A stretch of DNA of 57,502 nucleotides, counting the filler, from Ionaspis alba (lineage: Eukaryota): the NCBI GenBank assembly GCA_964255285.1. It is 3 parts of 3 records of this genome, joined end to end, with 100 filler letters (N's around TTAATTAATTAA, not from the genome) between each part and the next. Parts side by side here need not be neighbours in the genome. Positions count along the whole stretch, not along the records: positions 1 to 19,156 come from CAXUUL010000273.1; positions 19,257 to 38,377 come from CAXUUL010000274.1; 1 more part is not named here. One strand, given 5' to 3'. Made by a program: the position numbers and the translations under genes. Numbering within the stretch: position 1 is the stretch's first letter; each line of letters begins with the position of its first letter. The notes under the pieces were generated by a model. It did no database searches, was not told the origin of the DNA, and saw only the letters and a list, made by a program, of their open reading frames with translations. Below, piece by piece: positions 12,781 through 25,620 of the stretch.

Positions 12781-14185
12781 ACTTATCTGCATTTGAGTTG
12801 AGACATTAGCTTCATGGTAAGAAGAATATTGAGAAGGGTCCAAGACGCACTTGGCGGTGAATGAAGTAAGGAGAAGTGGAGGGGAAGAGGGGGAGGAAGC
12901 GTGAATAGAGCAGAGGCGCTGGCGTCCTAGAGTGAATGGTTCACGCCTAGTGACAGACTCACAGTGAATCGAACTGAATGACTTTGTTAGGTCGTAAGCA
13001 ACGGACAATTGCTCTCCAGGAATTCGCAAGCAACGTGCATCGGTTTGCCCTGCAAACCTCGGTGCTTGATCGGGAGGGTGCAGGAGATGCTGCAATGAGG
13101 ACGGTTAGGTGGGAACGACCATGATAGTAATACAGCGACCAAAGGTCATCGAGTCATACACTGCGAATTGGAGAGATTGGTACGGGAGATTTGAGAGGAG
13201 GTACGAGGAGGGGCGGAATGATTGTGGGAGGAGGGACAAATGACTGCCAGGGCAGCACGAAATGAGCGAACCACTAAAGTTGATATTGGGTTGGGATTGG
13301 CGCCCTATGGCTTTGTCCTGCTACTGCACTACGGCGGATAGATGTTCAATAGGACGGCTGATTCAGAGAGGATCTACGTGGTCGAGTGCGAAAATCTACT
13401 GAGTATAGGCTATTCTTACAGACGGAATGCAAAGCCAATGCGCTTCCAATTCACTGATTCCGTTGCGGAGCACACTCTCCGCCATTGGGAAGTCTTCCAG
13501 ATACTGGGTACGTGAATGAGGTGATCTTCACGAGCAGCCATCTCCAAGAGTTAAGATTTGTGTGTGGTAGCACAAACCTTTTAGTGGACTTTCTCCACAT
13601 TATCGTCACATTGGATTCGATGGGTCTGATCAACGGTCATTCCCCCATTGACGGCTCGGATGCTGCTCCCTTCCAAAGCAACAGCATCGGGTCGCCTCAA
13701 GCCTTAGTCGCAGACGGTTGTCCTTGGTGGTGGAAACTCTACGCATAGACGTCTATGACAGATTCAGACTGGCTTCATGCACAGAGTGGTCTAAGTGGCG
13801 GGATGGTCGAGTGGGCATGCATGTGGGAGAAGGGCAGAAGCAGGCTAGAATTGGGAGAAGAAGTACTCTGTAGAAATGCTGGTGTGCTGTGGTGTGAGTC
13901 CTTGGAGTGGTGGTGGTCGTCGTCGTAGTAGTAGCGGTGAGCGAAAGGGGATCGGAGGGGCACATGCAGGGGCTGGCATCCAAGTTTCAGGGGTTGCTTG
14001 GGGTGTGGTCCAGTTGTGCATGTCGGCCCCGGGCTGGACGCTAAGATAGTGACGTGCCAAGCTTTTACTGATTGCGAATTAGTGGCCCTAACTTATCAGC
14101 CAACGGAGGAAATCATGAAGGGAGATGTTACTCAAACATTCTCCACACCAAGTGAAGAACATGTGCCTGCAATAACACTCAAGCT

Positions 14186-17100
14186 ATGCCTCCACGCAAG
14201 AGGCCCCAAGGCCCAGTGGAGGTTGCTGCAGCTTCTCAAGAACCTGTCCAGGTAGATCCGTATGTCCGTACATTGTTGAGTCACTTACTGACTCTTGTGC
14301 TGCAGAAAAGCCCCCTACCCAAGAAAAGAGCAGACCCGCCCACAAAACCTAAGGAAGCACCTCGTCGGCAGAAGGCGTCTCATAAAGAAGCAGTGCAAGA
14401 TGCTCAGTCGGCGAAAGTTAAGGCGAAGCAGGACGACGTGAGGATATGCCATCCCTGGCAGAATGAAATATTGATTCTTTCTAGGGATTCGGTGCTTTGC
14501 TAGAGCCATTTTATCAGGGTAAGTCTCTGACGGAGCCCATCGATACGGCAAAGGTTTGTGACTTCGATAATCGTTCTGTCCATTGTTGTTCAGCCAATTT
14601 AGGACAAATGGAATCTACTCCCTGCCTTCCTTAAAGTCAAAGGTCTCGTCAAGCAGCACATCGACTCCTTCAACTACTTCGTCGAAGTTGAACTGAAAAA
14701 GATTGTCAGAGCCAATCGACAGGTCCTGAGTGATGTCGATCCTGACTTCTTCCTCCGCTACAACAATGTCTATATTGGAAAGCCTTGTCGTCTTGACGAG
14801 CAAAGGGCAGAATACAACCAATCACAAACTTCCAAGATTACACCAAACGAGTGTCGTCTACGGGACATGACCTACGCTGCTCCTATACTGGTCGATATAA
14901 CCTATAGATGTGGTAGCCAGAACTTGCAGAGGCGTGGGGTCTGCATCGGAAGGCTTCCCATCATGCTTAGAAGCACAAATTGTGTGCTTTCAAGCAAGTC
15001 CGATAGGGAGATGAGTATGCTCAACGAATGTCCTCTCGATCCTGGAGGCTACTTCATTGTCAACGGCACAGAAAAGGTGATCCTTGTGCAAGAGCAATTG
15101 AGCAAGAACAGAGTTATTGTCGAGGCAGATCCGAAGAAAGACATCGTCCAAGCCTCTGTCACAAGGTCTATCCCCAGGAACCGTACTTGAAACGATGATC
15201 TTGCTGACCGTTTCATAGTTCAACGCACGAACGGAAGTCGAAAAGCTATGTCGTCATGAAAAAGGATCGCATCTACTTGACACACAATGTGTTGAACGAA
15301 GACATGCCCATAGCGCTGATATTCAAGGCCATGGGAATCACTTCGGATCGCGAGATCCTGTTACTTGCCGCTGGCAGGGATGCGATCTACCAGGACCAAT
15401 TCTACATGAACTTTGAGGAATGTGCGAAGCTAGGTGTCCACACACAGCAGCAAGCCTTAGAATATCTGGGGTCTCGCATCAAGATCATGCGTAAACCTGT
15501 CGGCTTCGGTACGCCAAGACGAAACTTTGCACAGGAAGCACTTGAAGCTCTGGCATCTGTTATCATCACGCATGTTCCTGTGCACGGCCTAGACTTCAGA
15601 CCCAAGGCAATGTATGTGGCCTTCATGGTCAAGAGGGTCCTCATGGCGTGGCACGACAAAAGTCTTGTAGATGACAGAGATTATGTCGGAAACAAAAGAT
15701 TGGAATTAGCTGGCCAGTTACTCTCTCTTCTCTTCGAAGATCTATTCAAAAAATTCAATCACGATATGAAGATGAACGTTGACAAAGTCTTGAGGAAGCC
15801 AGTAAGGACACAATTTGACGCATTTTACTGCATGCAAATACATGGCAATTCGATCACCCAGGGAATGAATCGAGCAATATCAACAGGCAATTGGAATCTA
15901 AAGCGATTTCGCATGAACAGGGCTGGTGTTACACATGTATTGAGTCGATTGAGTTACATCAGTGCATTGGGTATGATGACGAGAATCACAAGTCAGTTCG
16001 AAAAGACCAGGAAAGTTAGTGGGCCGAGAGCATTGCAGCCCTCCCAATTTGGTATGTTATGCCCATCTGATACGCCTGAAGGAGAGGCCTGCGGTCTGGT
16101 CAAGAATCTCGCACTCATGACCCACATTACCACCGACGATGAGGAAGAGCCTGTTCGGAAGCTGGTGTTTGTTCTTGGAGCTCAAGACATCTCCTCCGTC
16201 AATGGCAAGGATCTCTACGGGCAAGGGTCTTACATCATCTTCGTCAACGGAACTCCTATGGCTTTGACGAGGCTACCCAAGCAGTTTCTGATGGGCTTTC
16301 GAAAGCTACGACGTATGGGTCGAGTATCCGAATTTGTTAGTATCTTCATCAACCACCATCATAACGCTGTACAGATTGCCACTGATGAAGGACGGATCTG
16401 TCGACCATTGATTGTGGTCGAGAAAGGGAAGTCAAGAGTTACCGTAAGGTATCTGAAGGCACTACGGAATGGCTCAATGGCATTCGACGATTTCTTAGCA
16501 CGTGGACTCGTGGAATATCTAGATGTCAATGAAGAAAATGATTCCAACATCGCTATGTACGAGGTAGACATCGACGATGCCACTACGCATCTTGAGATCG
16601 AGCCATTCACGATCCTTGGTGCTGTGGCCGGTCTTATTCCCTATCCTCATCACAACCAATCTCCTCGTAACACTTACCAGTGCGCTATGGGAAAACAAGC
16701 CATCGGCGCCATAGCGCACAACCAGTTCCTACGAATCGACACTCTGCTCTATCTCATGGTCTATCCACAAAAACCCATGGTCAAAACTCGAGCTATTGAA
16801 CTCATCAAATACGACAAACTTCCGGCTGGCCAGAACGCAATAGTAGCCGTGATGAGTTACTCTGGCTACGACATCGAAGATGCGTTAGTCCTTAACAAAG
16901 CATCCTGTGACCGCGGCTTCGGTCGGTGTCAAGTCTTTCGGAAATACTCGACTACGCTCCGCAAATACCCTAATGGTACAGAAGATCGTATAGGCGACAG
17001 ACACGAAGAAAATGGGGGCCCGATTAAGAAGCACGCCTTACTGGACGAACATGGTCTTGCCCAGGTGGGAGAGCAAGTCAGCGCAGGAGAAGTGTACATG

Positions 17101-18018
17101 ATGAAGCAGGTTCCCCTGAACACTGCATCTACCGGTCTCGGATCTGATTACGGCACCAACGAATATCGGGACGCTCCAATGACTTATCGCCTTCCTGATC
17201 CTAGCTATATCGACAAAGTCATGATTTCCGTGACGGAGAATGACTACAAACTGCTGAAAGTGCAAACGAGGCAGACCCGGCGACCGGAAATCGGCGACAA
17301 GTTTTCTTCCCGCCATGGCCAGAAAGGTGTGGTCGGTATTATTGCCGAGCAAGCAGACATGCCCTTCAATGACCAAGGCATCGTCCCAGACATCATCATG
17401 AACCCCCATGGTTTCCCATCCCGAATGACTGTCGGTAAGATGCTCGAACTCGTCTCTGGCAAAGCAGGCGTTATGTCCGGGGACTTGCAATATGGAACCG
17501 CTTTCGGTGGCAGTAGAGTAGAGGACATGGGCGACATCCTCATCGAGCACGGTTTCAGCTATTCAGGAAAGGACTTCGTCACAAGTGGAATTACTGGAGA
17601 GTCTCTCCCTGCCTATGTCTTCTTCGGACCTATCTACTACCAGAAACTGAAACATATGGTCCAAGACAAAATGCATTCCCGCTCTCGTGGTCCTCGTGCT
17701 ATCTTAACCCGCCAGCCTACCGAGGGTCGATCAAGAGACGGTGGTCTCCGTCTTGGTGAGATGGAACGCGACTGTCTTATCGCCTATGGCGCATCCCAGC
17801 TTCTTTTAGAGCGGTTAATGCTTTCGAGTGATGCTCATCAGGTCGACATCTGTGAAACTTGCGGTATGATGGGGTACCAAGGGTATTGCCAGACTTGCAA
17901 GAAGAGCAGAGGAGTGGTCACTATGACGATTCCTTATGCGGCGAAGTTGCTCATTCAGGAACTGCTGAGTATGAATGTTAGTGCGAGGTTGAAGCTTGAG
18001 GATGAGTTCCCTGCTTGA
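14186..18018 (+). CDS. RPC2: RNA polymerase III second-largest subunit (Rpc2/Ret1); 5 exons
   Basis: [79 protein letters not shown] and C-terminal zinc motif (CETC...CQTC); Pol III-type sequence. Confidence 0.97.
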
Positions 18019-18541
18019 GTGAGGGGGGAGTGGGAGGGAGAGGCATTTTTTCGACGTTGCGATCAGAAAGATGCATTTCCATGGCGAGGTAAGCATTGCG
18101 AAGGTGTTTTCAAAAGTCAAAAGATAGGAGTCAACCAATTTTGGAGATCGAATTGAAAGGTAAATTCATGAAAATTCATGACATCTGAGGGTTGTCTCTG
18201 GAGTTCAAACCAGTCAGATCAAACCGTCATGTTGTTCATCCATTTCCTTCGTGACTCCGTTCGACACGTCTACCTAGCAATGAGGGTCGTCATGACATAC
18301 ACACACTCACTCCCCACTATATCTCCTTGCAAGTCTGCCGCTTCTTTGGTCCCCATTTGTTCCGTCCAGAATTCGCAGCAGCCAAAGAATCATCATCACA
18401 CACCATAGCGCAAAGCGCCGTGTACCACTACCCTTTTGTTGGTGTTTCCTCCCCTCCAAGTCACGCACTTAACACATCCACCTCTCTTCCCATCTCCTTT
18501 CTCCTCTTCTCCTTCACTTTAGCGTCCCTCCATAACCAGAT

Positions 18542-19156
18542 ATGGGCGTCATCCCCTCGAAAACCCAATACGCCGACCCCTACCGCCGCGCCTGCATCCG
18601 ACCACGCCACATCAGCGAGCGCGGCGTCGCCACTTTTACCGGCCACGGTCCAGCCGGTATCTTCTACCCAGGGGAACAGAGAGAAGACATGCCGATTCTT
18701 GGATGGGGAGAAGTGATAGGTGGGAGAAAGAGAGCTAGAGCCGGGAGAAGAGCAGGAGCAAGGCGTGCAGGGAGCCTGATGGCTCCGCTGCCGATGACAC
18801 AGCAGCATATAGGGTGGATGCCGACTGGGCGCATGGAGCTTGATGCGATGCCAGCCAGAGGTAGGAAGGTGCCGAGACCAAGTACGCGAGCTATAGAGGA
18901 TCAGCCTCCTCCTTATGCTATGAGCGGACCTCGCAACGGAGGGAGTAACAGAAGAAGGGGACACCGTGAACGGGGCAGAACCTCGGCGGGGCAAAGGCAT
19001 GATGGGTTTGCGGGACTGGTGGGAGAGGGGAGGGGTAGGCTGGCTATTGAGGAGTCGGGATGGACCGGTGACGAGGATATGGAAGTTGAGAGGGCGATGA
19101 GAGGGTTGAAGGGATTTGCGAGGAGGGGAGAAAGGGGTGGAGAGAGAGAATTGGTG
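18542..19156 (+). CDS. Hypothetical low-complexity protein, 3'-truncated at the scaffold end
   Basis: ATG-initiated frame of at least 205 codons open to the gap, preceded by a CT-rich tract typical of fungal transcription-start regions; MGVIPSK N-terminus and a PPPY motif. Confidence 0.5.
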
Positions 19157-19256
19157 NNNNNNNNNNNNNNNNNNNNNNNNNNNNNNNNNNNNNNNNNNNN
19201 TTAATTAATTAANNNNNNNNNNNNNNNNNNNNNNNNNNNNNNNNNNNNNNNNNNNN
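19157..19256. other. Artificial scaffold-joining linker (44N-TTAATTAATTAA-44N)
   Basis: Palindromic six-frame stop cassette centred in Ns; identical copy at 38378-38477. Confidence 0.97.
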
Positions 19257-19657
19257 GTAAAAGTTGACTTTTACAGTAAAAGTAAAACTGTCTAACCTAA
19301 TTAGATGTAGAGGCAGGTGGTGTTTTAGCCCAATTAGGAAGGTGAGCTGGAAACAAAATCCGACAGAAACACGTGACTGCCAAGCCTATACACATCTCAG
19401 CCCCGCTTAAGTACTAAATACTCTTACATAATTTTCAGGGTCTTTTGTAACCTTTACACCTCCTGGTAACAGTTACCGTACGGGTTATCTTTTTCATGTA
19501 AATGTGGAACCCTACACACGAGGAGCGTCTTTCCGTCAAGAGGATACCGATGATCGAAAACTGGAGAGATTTTACCTGGTTTAATTGCTGTCATCATGGT
19601 CTGACGCAGGGCGCCTCACAGACCCCTTGCCACGCTCGAGTGAAGGAAAACTGATCT

Positions 19658-21419
19658 TCACATTTCTGCACGTCCTGCACTTCGTTTCTGGCCCCCTCTA
19701 ATCCTTCCCCAACCTCCACCTACCCGACTTCCACCTGTCCTTGAAGATTCAAAATCCATGGCCCCACTTCCAAATCCTGGTGCAGCCGTTCCGCCAAGCA
19801 TTTGGGACGAGTCCTCGGTCCTAAATCCGTCTCCCTCGTTCAATATGGTAACCCACAGAGACTTGATAGCAGACGTCCATTGCTGCATCGCTTGTGTGCG
19901 GTCGACGTCGGCCATGCTCTCCACCTCCACAGTCCCTTTCTCTTGATCGATCTTGCCCTTGAGCTTCTTATCGACGATCAAAAAACCGACAATATCCTGT
20001 ACTTCTGTCGTGGAGATCTTGAGCTGCTTTGCAATGAAGGCTAGGGTGAACCGAGTATATGGTGCAATGAGCTTCAATACCGCTTTAGTACGCATGTTTC
20101 GTGTGACCTCATCGATGTTCTCCGCTATGAAAGCATCGTCTAGGAGATCCTTGTTGTTCTGCAGAATCTTCTCGTACTGATGGATATCATCTCGCTGGTA
20201 TGCATCCACGAGATCAGTCATCGCAGATATTCGTGGATCATTTTTGTATGGTTTTGTCTCTTGAGAGTCAAAAGGGTTGATGTCGGAGCGCATGAGCATA
20301 GTTGTTAAAACTAAATACTTCAGCACTTGAATACGCTGCAGTGATCCCGCTTCGTCATAATTCCGGAAGGACTCGAAGAAGTCAATTTGTGCCTCTTTCC
20401 AATTCTCTACAGGGCTTAGCAACTATATGGGCTTGATTGTGATTTGCGACTTACCTTCGCTCATGTGCATCTTGCCTCCACACTCGCGTACTTGTCCCAT
20501 GATCTTTGGGTGGGGTACTGCTGATCGGACCTTGAGAGCTCGTTGGTATAGAGCCTGATGTAAGGATTAGTTGTTTATGCCTCTCCTATAGGCGAAGTCC
20601 TTCTACCTTTAAGCGCTTGTTGTTTCTCGTCTCTGCATACATCTGGATCTCCAGCGCATATACCTCCAACGAGTATGTTCCTTTGCTAGGATCATCGGAT
20701 CCATCCTCTTTCTGACAAGCCTTGTGCAGCTCCCGAACCTTCTTCACCAGAGAGGAGTATTCTCGGCGATCCAGCCACAATCTTGCAAGCTTGATATTTG
20801 TTTTCAACCAGAGTCTTTCATTGTTTGTGCTCTGAAATGAGTCAAGGGTTTGTGAATAGAACTGCTCCATACATTGATAGGCCTTCGGATCATCTGAGCC
20901 TTTTTCGATGAAGTCTAGCATGTTATTGATTGACTTCTCCGAATAATTCCTCGTAACAGCAGATTTGACATATGTCAGTAGCTCTCGGTAGTGCTCCACA
21001 GCCTAGGATGTCGTCAGTGATAATGACTGGGCTGTGGAAAGACAGGATGCTACAAGCCTTATCGTACTGCCCGAGCTTGAACTCGAGTTTGATTGCTTGC
21101 TTGAGCCCTTTAAAACCCCTGCGATAATCAGTAAATTTTCTCGTGAGCAGTTGAGAGGTTATCGACCAGTCTCCCTTCTCTTCCTCCAGCGCTGGCAGTC
21201 CAAGGAACTCCGTAATAGCCTCTTCTGGGTTGTCTGCCTTCATCTGCTTGGCGTTGTAGTATTTGTTTTCGACGTCAACATCTCCGGTCTCTTGTTCATC
21301 GTCGTCTTCGTACTCAAAATCGTATCTGAGACATGTCAGACAGTTCAAATATCAGAGCGCACCAGCGTAGCTCACTGCTCCGGATCTGAATCCTGCATGA
21401 AATCATCATCGTCCGACAT
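19658..21419 (-). CDS. CSN2: COP9 signalosome subunit 2 (Csn2/CsnB), PCI domain; 6 exons
   Basis: MSDDDFM...[10 protein letters not shown]...[79 protein letters not shown]. Intron 21003-21057 is GC-AG. Confidence 0.96.
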
Positions 21420-21874
21420 TCTCAGAGCTTGCACCTCTTGATGTCAAGTGGAAAGATAGCCCTGAGTGAAAATGATCTTGCTCTTTTCATGTATTTCGAG
21501 TCCCTCTGGCTACTAGCTTTGTAGGCCTGACTCGCATGCGCAGCTGCTAAGGATACTGAATTGGAGCTCCCCTGCTAATCGATAAAGGTACGAAGCCAAG
21601 CGAATGAGCAAGGCTTAGTGCCTTGTTTAGCGCTCATCTAGTGCGGCCATCCGCAGCCTCCAAAACAGACTTCAAGATTGACCACGTTCGGATCCTCAGC
21701 TCTAGAGATCGTATCCAACAAACACAATCTTTGAGGAGGGAAAACTCTCTGATTTCTGCAAGGCGTCGTCCACTGGTCCTCACCTGAATCTGGAAGCACG
21801 GCTGTGCGATTTACGAGGTCTTGTCTTCTCCGCCACCTATCTTACCTTGAAAGGCTTCAGGGCCTACCTTCGGA

Positions 21875-23044
21875 ATGGGAGGCGATCTGAATCTGAAGAA
21901 ATCATGGCATCCCGTGCTTATGAGCAATCAGAGGCGGGTATGGGAGGAAGAAAAGAAGGCATTGGACGAACGTAAAAGGATCGACCAGATGATGAAGGAG
22001 AGGCAAGAGGAACGGCAGATTCAGGAACTACAAGAGATGCAAGAAGCGGCTGGTGGCAAGAAACGTCTCAATCGAGTTGACTGGATGTATTCTGGACCAT
22101 CAAGTGGCCAGGCTGGAACGACAGAAGAGATGGAAGGCTATCTCTTGGGAAAGAGGAGAATTGACGGGCTCCTAAAGGGTTCCGAGAACAAAAAGCTAGA
22201 GAAGGCAGCAACTCAAGAGTCATTCATGGCCTTACAACATGCGAATACTGCGAAGGACACTGCTTCGAAAATCCGAGATGACCCGATGTTGGCGATTAAG
22301 AAGCAAGAACAAGCTGCTTACGAGGCAATGATGAACGACCCCGTGAAGCGCAGGCAGTTGCTACAGGCTGCGGAGGGAGCCGAACCAGCGAAGGACAAAG
22401 AGCGAAAGCTTCGGAAACACCGTCCTCATTACGATCATAAGGACCGAAAACGTCACCGCCACGACGACAGAGATGGTCACTCGAGCCGTCACAAGCGGAG
22501 GCGGACAGATGAGCATGACGATTATCGACATCACCGAGATGAAAGACGTTCAGACAGGCATTCCGATAGGCGGCGTTCACCCTATTCATCATACTCTCGG
22601 TCTCCTTCGCCATACAGTAGAAGATCACCGTCTCCATATTACCGCGGGAGAAAGCATTCGCCGTCTCGGCGCCGCTCAAGGTCTCCTGACAAATACGAGC
22701 GCGATGATCATCGATTGAAGCAAAGCAAGAGCTGGAGTGCGCCTCAAAGGACCCCTTCAGTGTCAGACTTAAAACAAGCGGACGGTGCAGGAGCTGAAGA
22801 CCGAGTCGCCAAACTGGCCGCTATGCGACAGGCTGCCAACGATTTGGACCAGGATAGGGAGAGGCGGATAGCTGCTATGGCAGATCGAGATAGGGCCGAG
22901 CAGCAGAAGGAAGAGGCAGCAAGGGAGAGATCGGCCAAGTACGGTGGTAAAGGGGATTTTGTGAATGGGCTCAACCGTAAAGCTGGAGAGCTGGATATCG
23001 GCGAGAGGATGCGCAGGGGCAGGGGTGGACTGGAAAGGGACTAG
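21875..23044 (+). CDS. CWC25: Pre-mRNA splicing factor Cwc25
   Basis: N-terminus [44 protein letters not shown]-rich tail; single exon. Confidence 0.95.
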   Translation: MGGDLNLKKSWHPVLMSNQRRVWEEEKKALDERKRIDQMMKERQEERQIQELQEMQEAAGGKKRLNRVDWMYSGPSSGQAGTTEEMEGYLLGKRRIDGLLKGSENKKLEKAATQESFMALQHANTAKDTASKIRDDPMLAIKKQEQAAYEAMMNDPVKRRQLLQAAEGAEPAKDKERKLRKHRPHYDHKDRKRHRHDDRDGHSSRHKRRRTDEHDDYRHHRDERRSDRHSDRRRSPYSSYSRSPSPYSRRSPSPYYRGRKHSPSRRRSRSPDKYERDDHRLKQSKSWSAPQRTPSVSDLKQADGAGAEDRVAKLAAMRQAANDLDQDRERRIAAMADRDRAEQQKEEAARERSAKYGGKGDFVNGLNRKAGELDIGERMRRGRGGLERD

Positions 23045-23598
23045 AAATGCTACAACTAAGGAGTAATGGATAGCTCTTTAGGATATCCATTTGGAAATGA
23101 TACATCCTACAGATACCGAGTGCTTCGTCCACATTCGTGCTTTCAGAAGGAAATTATAGCTCCAATATGATGGAATCGACCATGTTTCTTTTCAGTTCAT
23201 TCGCTCTGTTGTGTGGGCGATGACTTACTTGACATACGAATGCGTGAAGGCGGATAGACGTGGTCTAGACCCAATGAGAAAGCAAGAAATGCCGAGGAAA
23301 TCGCTCGGAAGGACTAAGGCACCTTAGTGCAGCCTATGCCCTGCTAGCGCATCTGCGGAGGAGGAAATAAGCCTCTCGGCGTTCGACCCCAGTATTTCTG
23401 TTCTCCCCCGTTGTGCTCCGTCTTCTTTCGTCACTCTCATACCTATTTTTGGTTCTCCTCACCTCAATGCTTATTCCTATCACTGCCAAACTCACACCTT
23501 GAGTAGCTCACTCGCTGGACCATCACTCGCTTTCCCACAAACATCTTAATCTGCGCTCCCAAAATTTGCTGACACCATCCTAATTGGCTTCCCTCGCC

Positions 23599-24620
23599 AT
23601 GCGGCTCTGCGGAGGAAGCAAGACTGTTCAGCGCAAACTGGTCCTTCTGTATGCGACATTCACATTCGAATAGATCTGGTCGAAAGCTAATATACTGGCA
23701 ATTACAGGGGTGACGGCGCCTGCGGCAAGACTTCATTGTTGAATGTGTTTACTCGAGGGTCAGTCAAGGCTCTGCTCGTATCGTTAAAATTCCATACTGA
23801 TGCGCCTGGTTTGGTTTAGCTACTTCCCCACCGTCTAGTATGATATACCCATGAGGAGTTGTAGTGACTCGTCAGTCGGCTAACACTCGCTCCGTGATGT
23901 AGCGAACCCACTGTATTTGGTAATGTCTTGCCTCAAACTTGGATAAAAACTTTATTGACGTATCTCAGAGAACTATGTACATGGTATGCTCGTCGACGGT
24001 TCGGGTTTGTACGCATCTGATTCAGATTTCAGATATCTACGTCGACAATGTCCACATCGAGCTTTCACTATGGGATACAGCGGGCCAAGAGGAGTTTGAC
24101 CGATTGCGATCCCTATCCTACGACGATACCCACACAATCATGCTCTGCTTCAGCGTGAGAGGAGTCATCATTCCCAGCCAAGTCGAAGTCTGACAGCAGA
24201 ACCAGGTCGATTCGAAAGACTCACTAGAAAATGTTGAATCCAAATGGGTCGGTGAGATCGCAGAGAATTGTCAAGGCGTCAAGCTAGTGCTCGTAGCCCT
24301 CAAATGCGATCTACGGGAACAGAACACCGAGGAAGATGAAGAAACTACAGAACTGGGCCGTACCCCGGTGAGGGAGAAGGAGTTCATCGACTACAAACAA
24401 GGATTGGAAGTTGCGAGGCGGATACAAGCGCTTCGATATCTTGGTAAGCTTTCCATCCGGTTTACCACTGGTTGTCCATAAAGCATGCCTGACTGGACCA
24501 GAATGCTCTGCAAAACGCAATCGTGGGGTCAACGAAGCCTTCACAGAAGCCGCGAGAGTGGCACTTTCGGTAAAGGGGCCAAGCGGTTCTCAGGGCGGTA
24601 ATAAGTGTGCCATAATGTGA
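23599..24620 (+). CDS. RHO3: Rho3 small GTPase; 8 exons including 18-, 17- and 15-nt micro-exons
   Basis: Spliced: [80 protein letters not shown]...ALKCDLR...ECSAK...CAIM (CAAX). YEPTVFENY effector loop is Rho3-type. Confidence 0.95.
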
Positions 24621-24843
24621 CATGGCCGCAGAAATGCGACGTCTCGATTCTCTTTCCCTGCATCACGTCAGGTTTTATTCGCACGGAGTTCGCTACTGGC
24701 GAACTCATATTTATTCTTCCAGGGTCACGCGACTCGTTCTGCGTTGGAGAGGGAAGTCTTGCAAGGCTTTGGCGCATTGGTATATACAAGTCCGGCCCTG
24801 GTGGTGTAAATAGTTTCTTCTTTTAATTGTAATATAATCCCCA

Positions 24844-24943
24844 NNNNNNNNNNNNNNNNNNNNNNNNNNNNNNNNNNNNNNNNNNNNNNNNNNNNNNNNN
24901 NNNNNNNNNNNNNNNNNNNNNNNNNNNNNNNNNNNNNNNNNNN
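24844..24943. other. Assembly gap (100 N)
   Basis: Run of 100 N. Confidence 0.99.
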
Positions 24944-25039
24944 ATTAACTTGACACAAAGGAGGATATGGTATTTGCATCTTTTGCATCGACCGAATATG
25001 TATAATATATTTCCCTTCCTCGCTCGAGCAGATTCAATT

Positions 25040-25620
25040 TCATCTTGGATTGGGTACTTGACCAATTATCCGTCTCGGCATAATCACCGGCTGCCTTCGA
25101 GCTCGTGCATATGCTTCCATGGTCATGGGCGACCCACCTTCCGTCCTTATAACACTACCAATCGACATGAAGAATCTGCAAATACCATTATGAGTCCATA
25201 CGGTATGATGGTGCTTGGGGCGTAATCACCCAAATGTGGCTCCTGAGCCGATCATATACTGTCCTAAAGTCCTCATAACTCCGTTGGGGCCTGCTCCAAA
25301 TCGCATGATGTTGAATCCCCCTGTGTCCCGTATTAGGAAGTTCTTCGCGCTCGTCGAGCTCTCATAGAATACCAAAGAGAAAGCCCATGATGAGTCCCAC
25401 GGCTGATTCCAAAAGTGTCAGTGTAGAGCTGGAATAATCCGTCCAGGGTAAGGCTTACATCCTCCCAGCATTGCACCCATCTTCCCTGTATTGCAACTTA
25501 GCTTCCACTCTTCGTGTCTAGGGAAGCCGGCTAGGAGGATTGGGAAAGTTGCGTACATTTGTCGAAAGTAGAAGGACCTCGCATACCACCTCCACCCGCA
25601 TTCAAAGGCATGGGCGGCAT
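25040..25620 (-). CDS. MGR2: Mgr2/Romo1, TIM23 translocase gatekeeper subunit; 5 exons
   Basis: Spliced: [83 protein letters not shown]...; Romo1-family signature [15 protein letters not shown]. Not in the ORF track. Confidence 0.92.

Noticed and set aside
13906..13937. GTG/GTC/GTA trinucleotide run
   Set aside because: Ordinary short imperfect microsatellite; the poly-Thr ORF it creates is not credible.
19201..19212. TTAATTAATTAA palindrome, repeated at 38422-38433
   Set aside because: Artificial six-frame stop linker, not biological.
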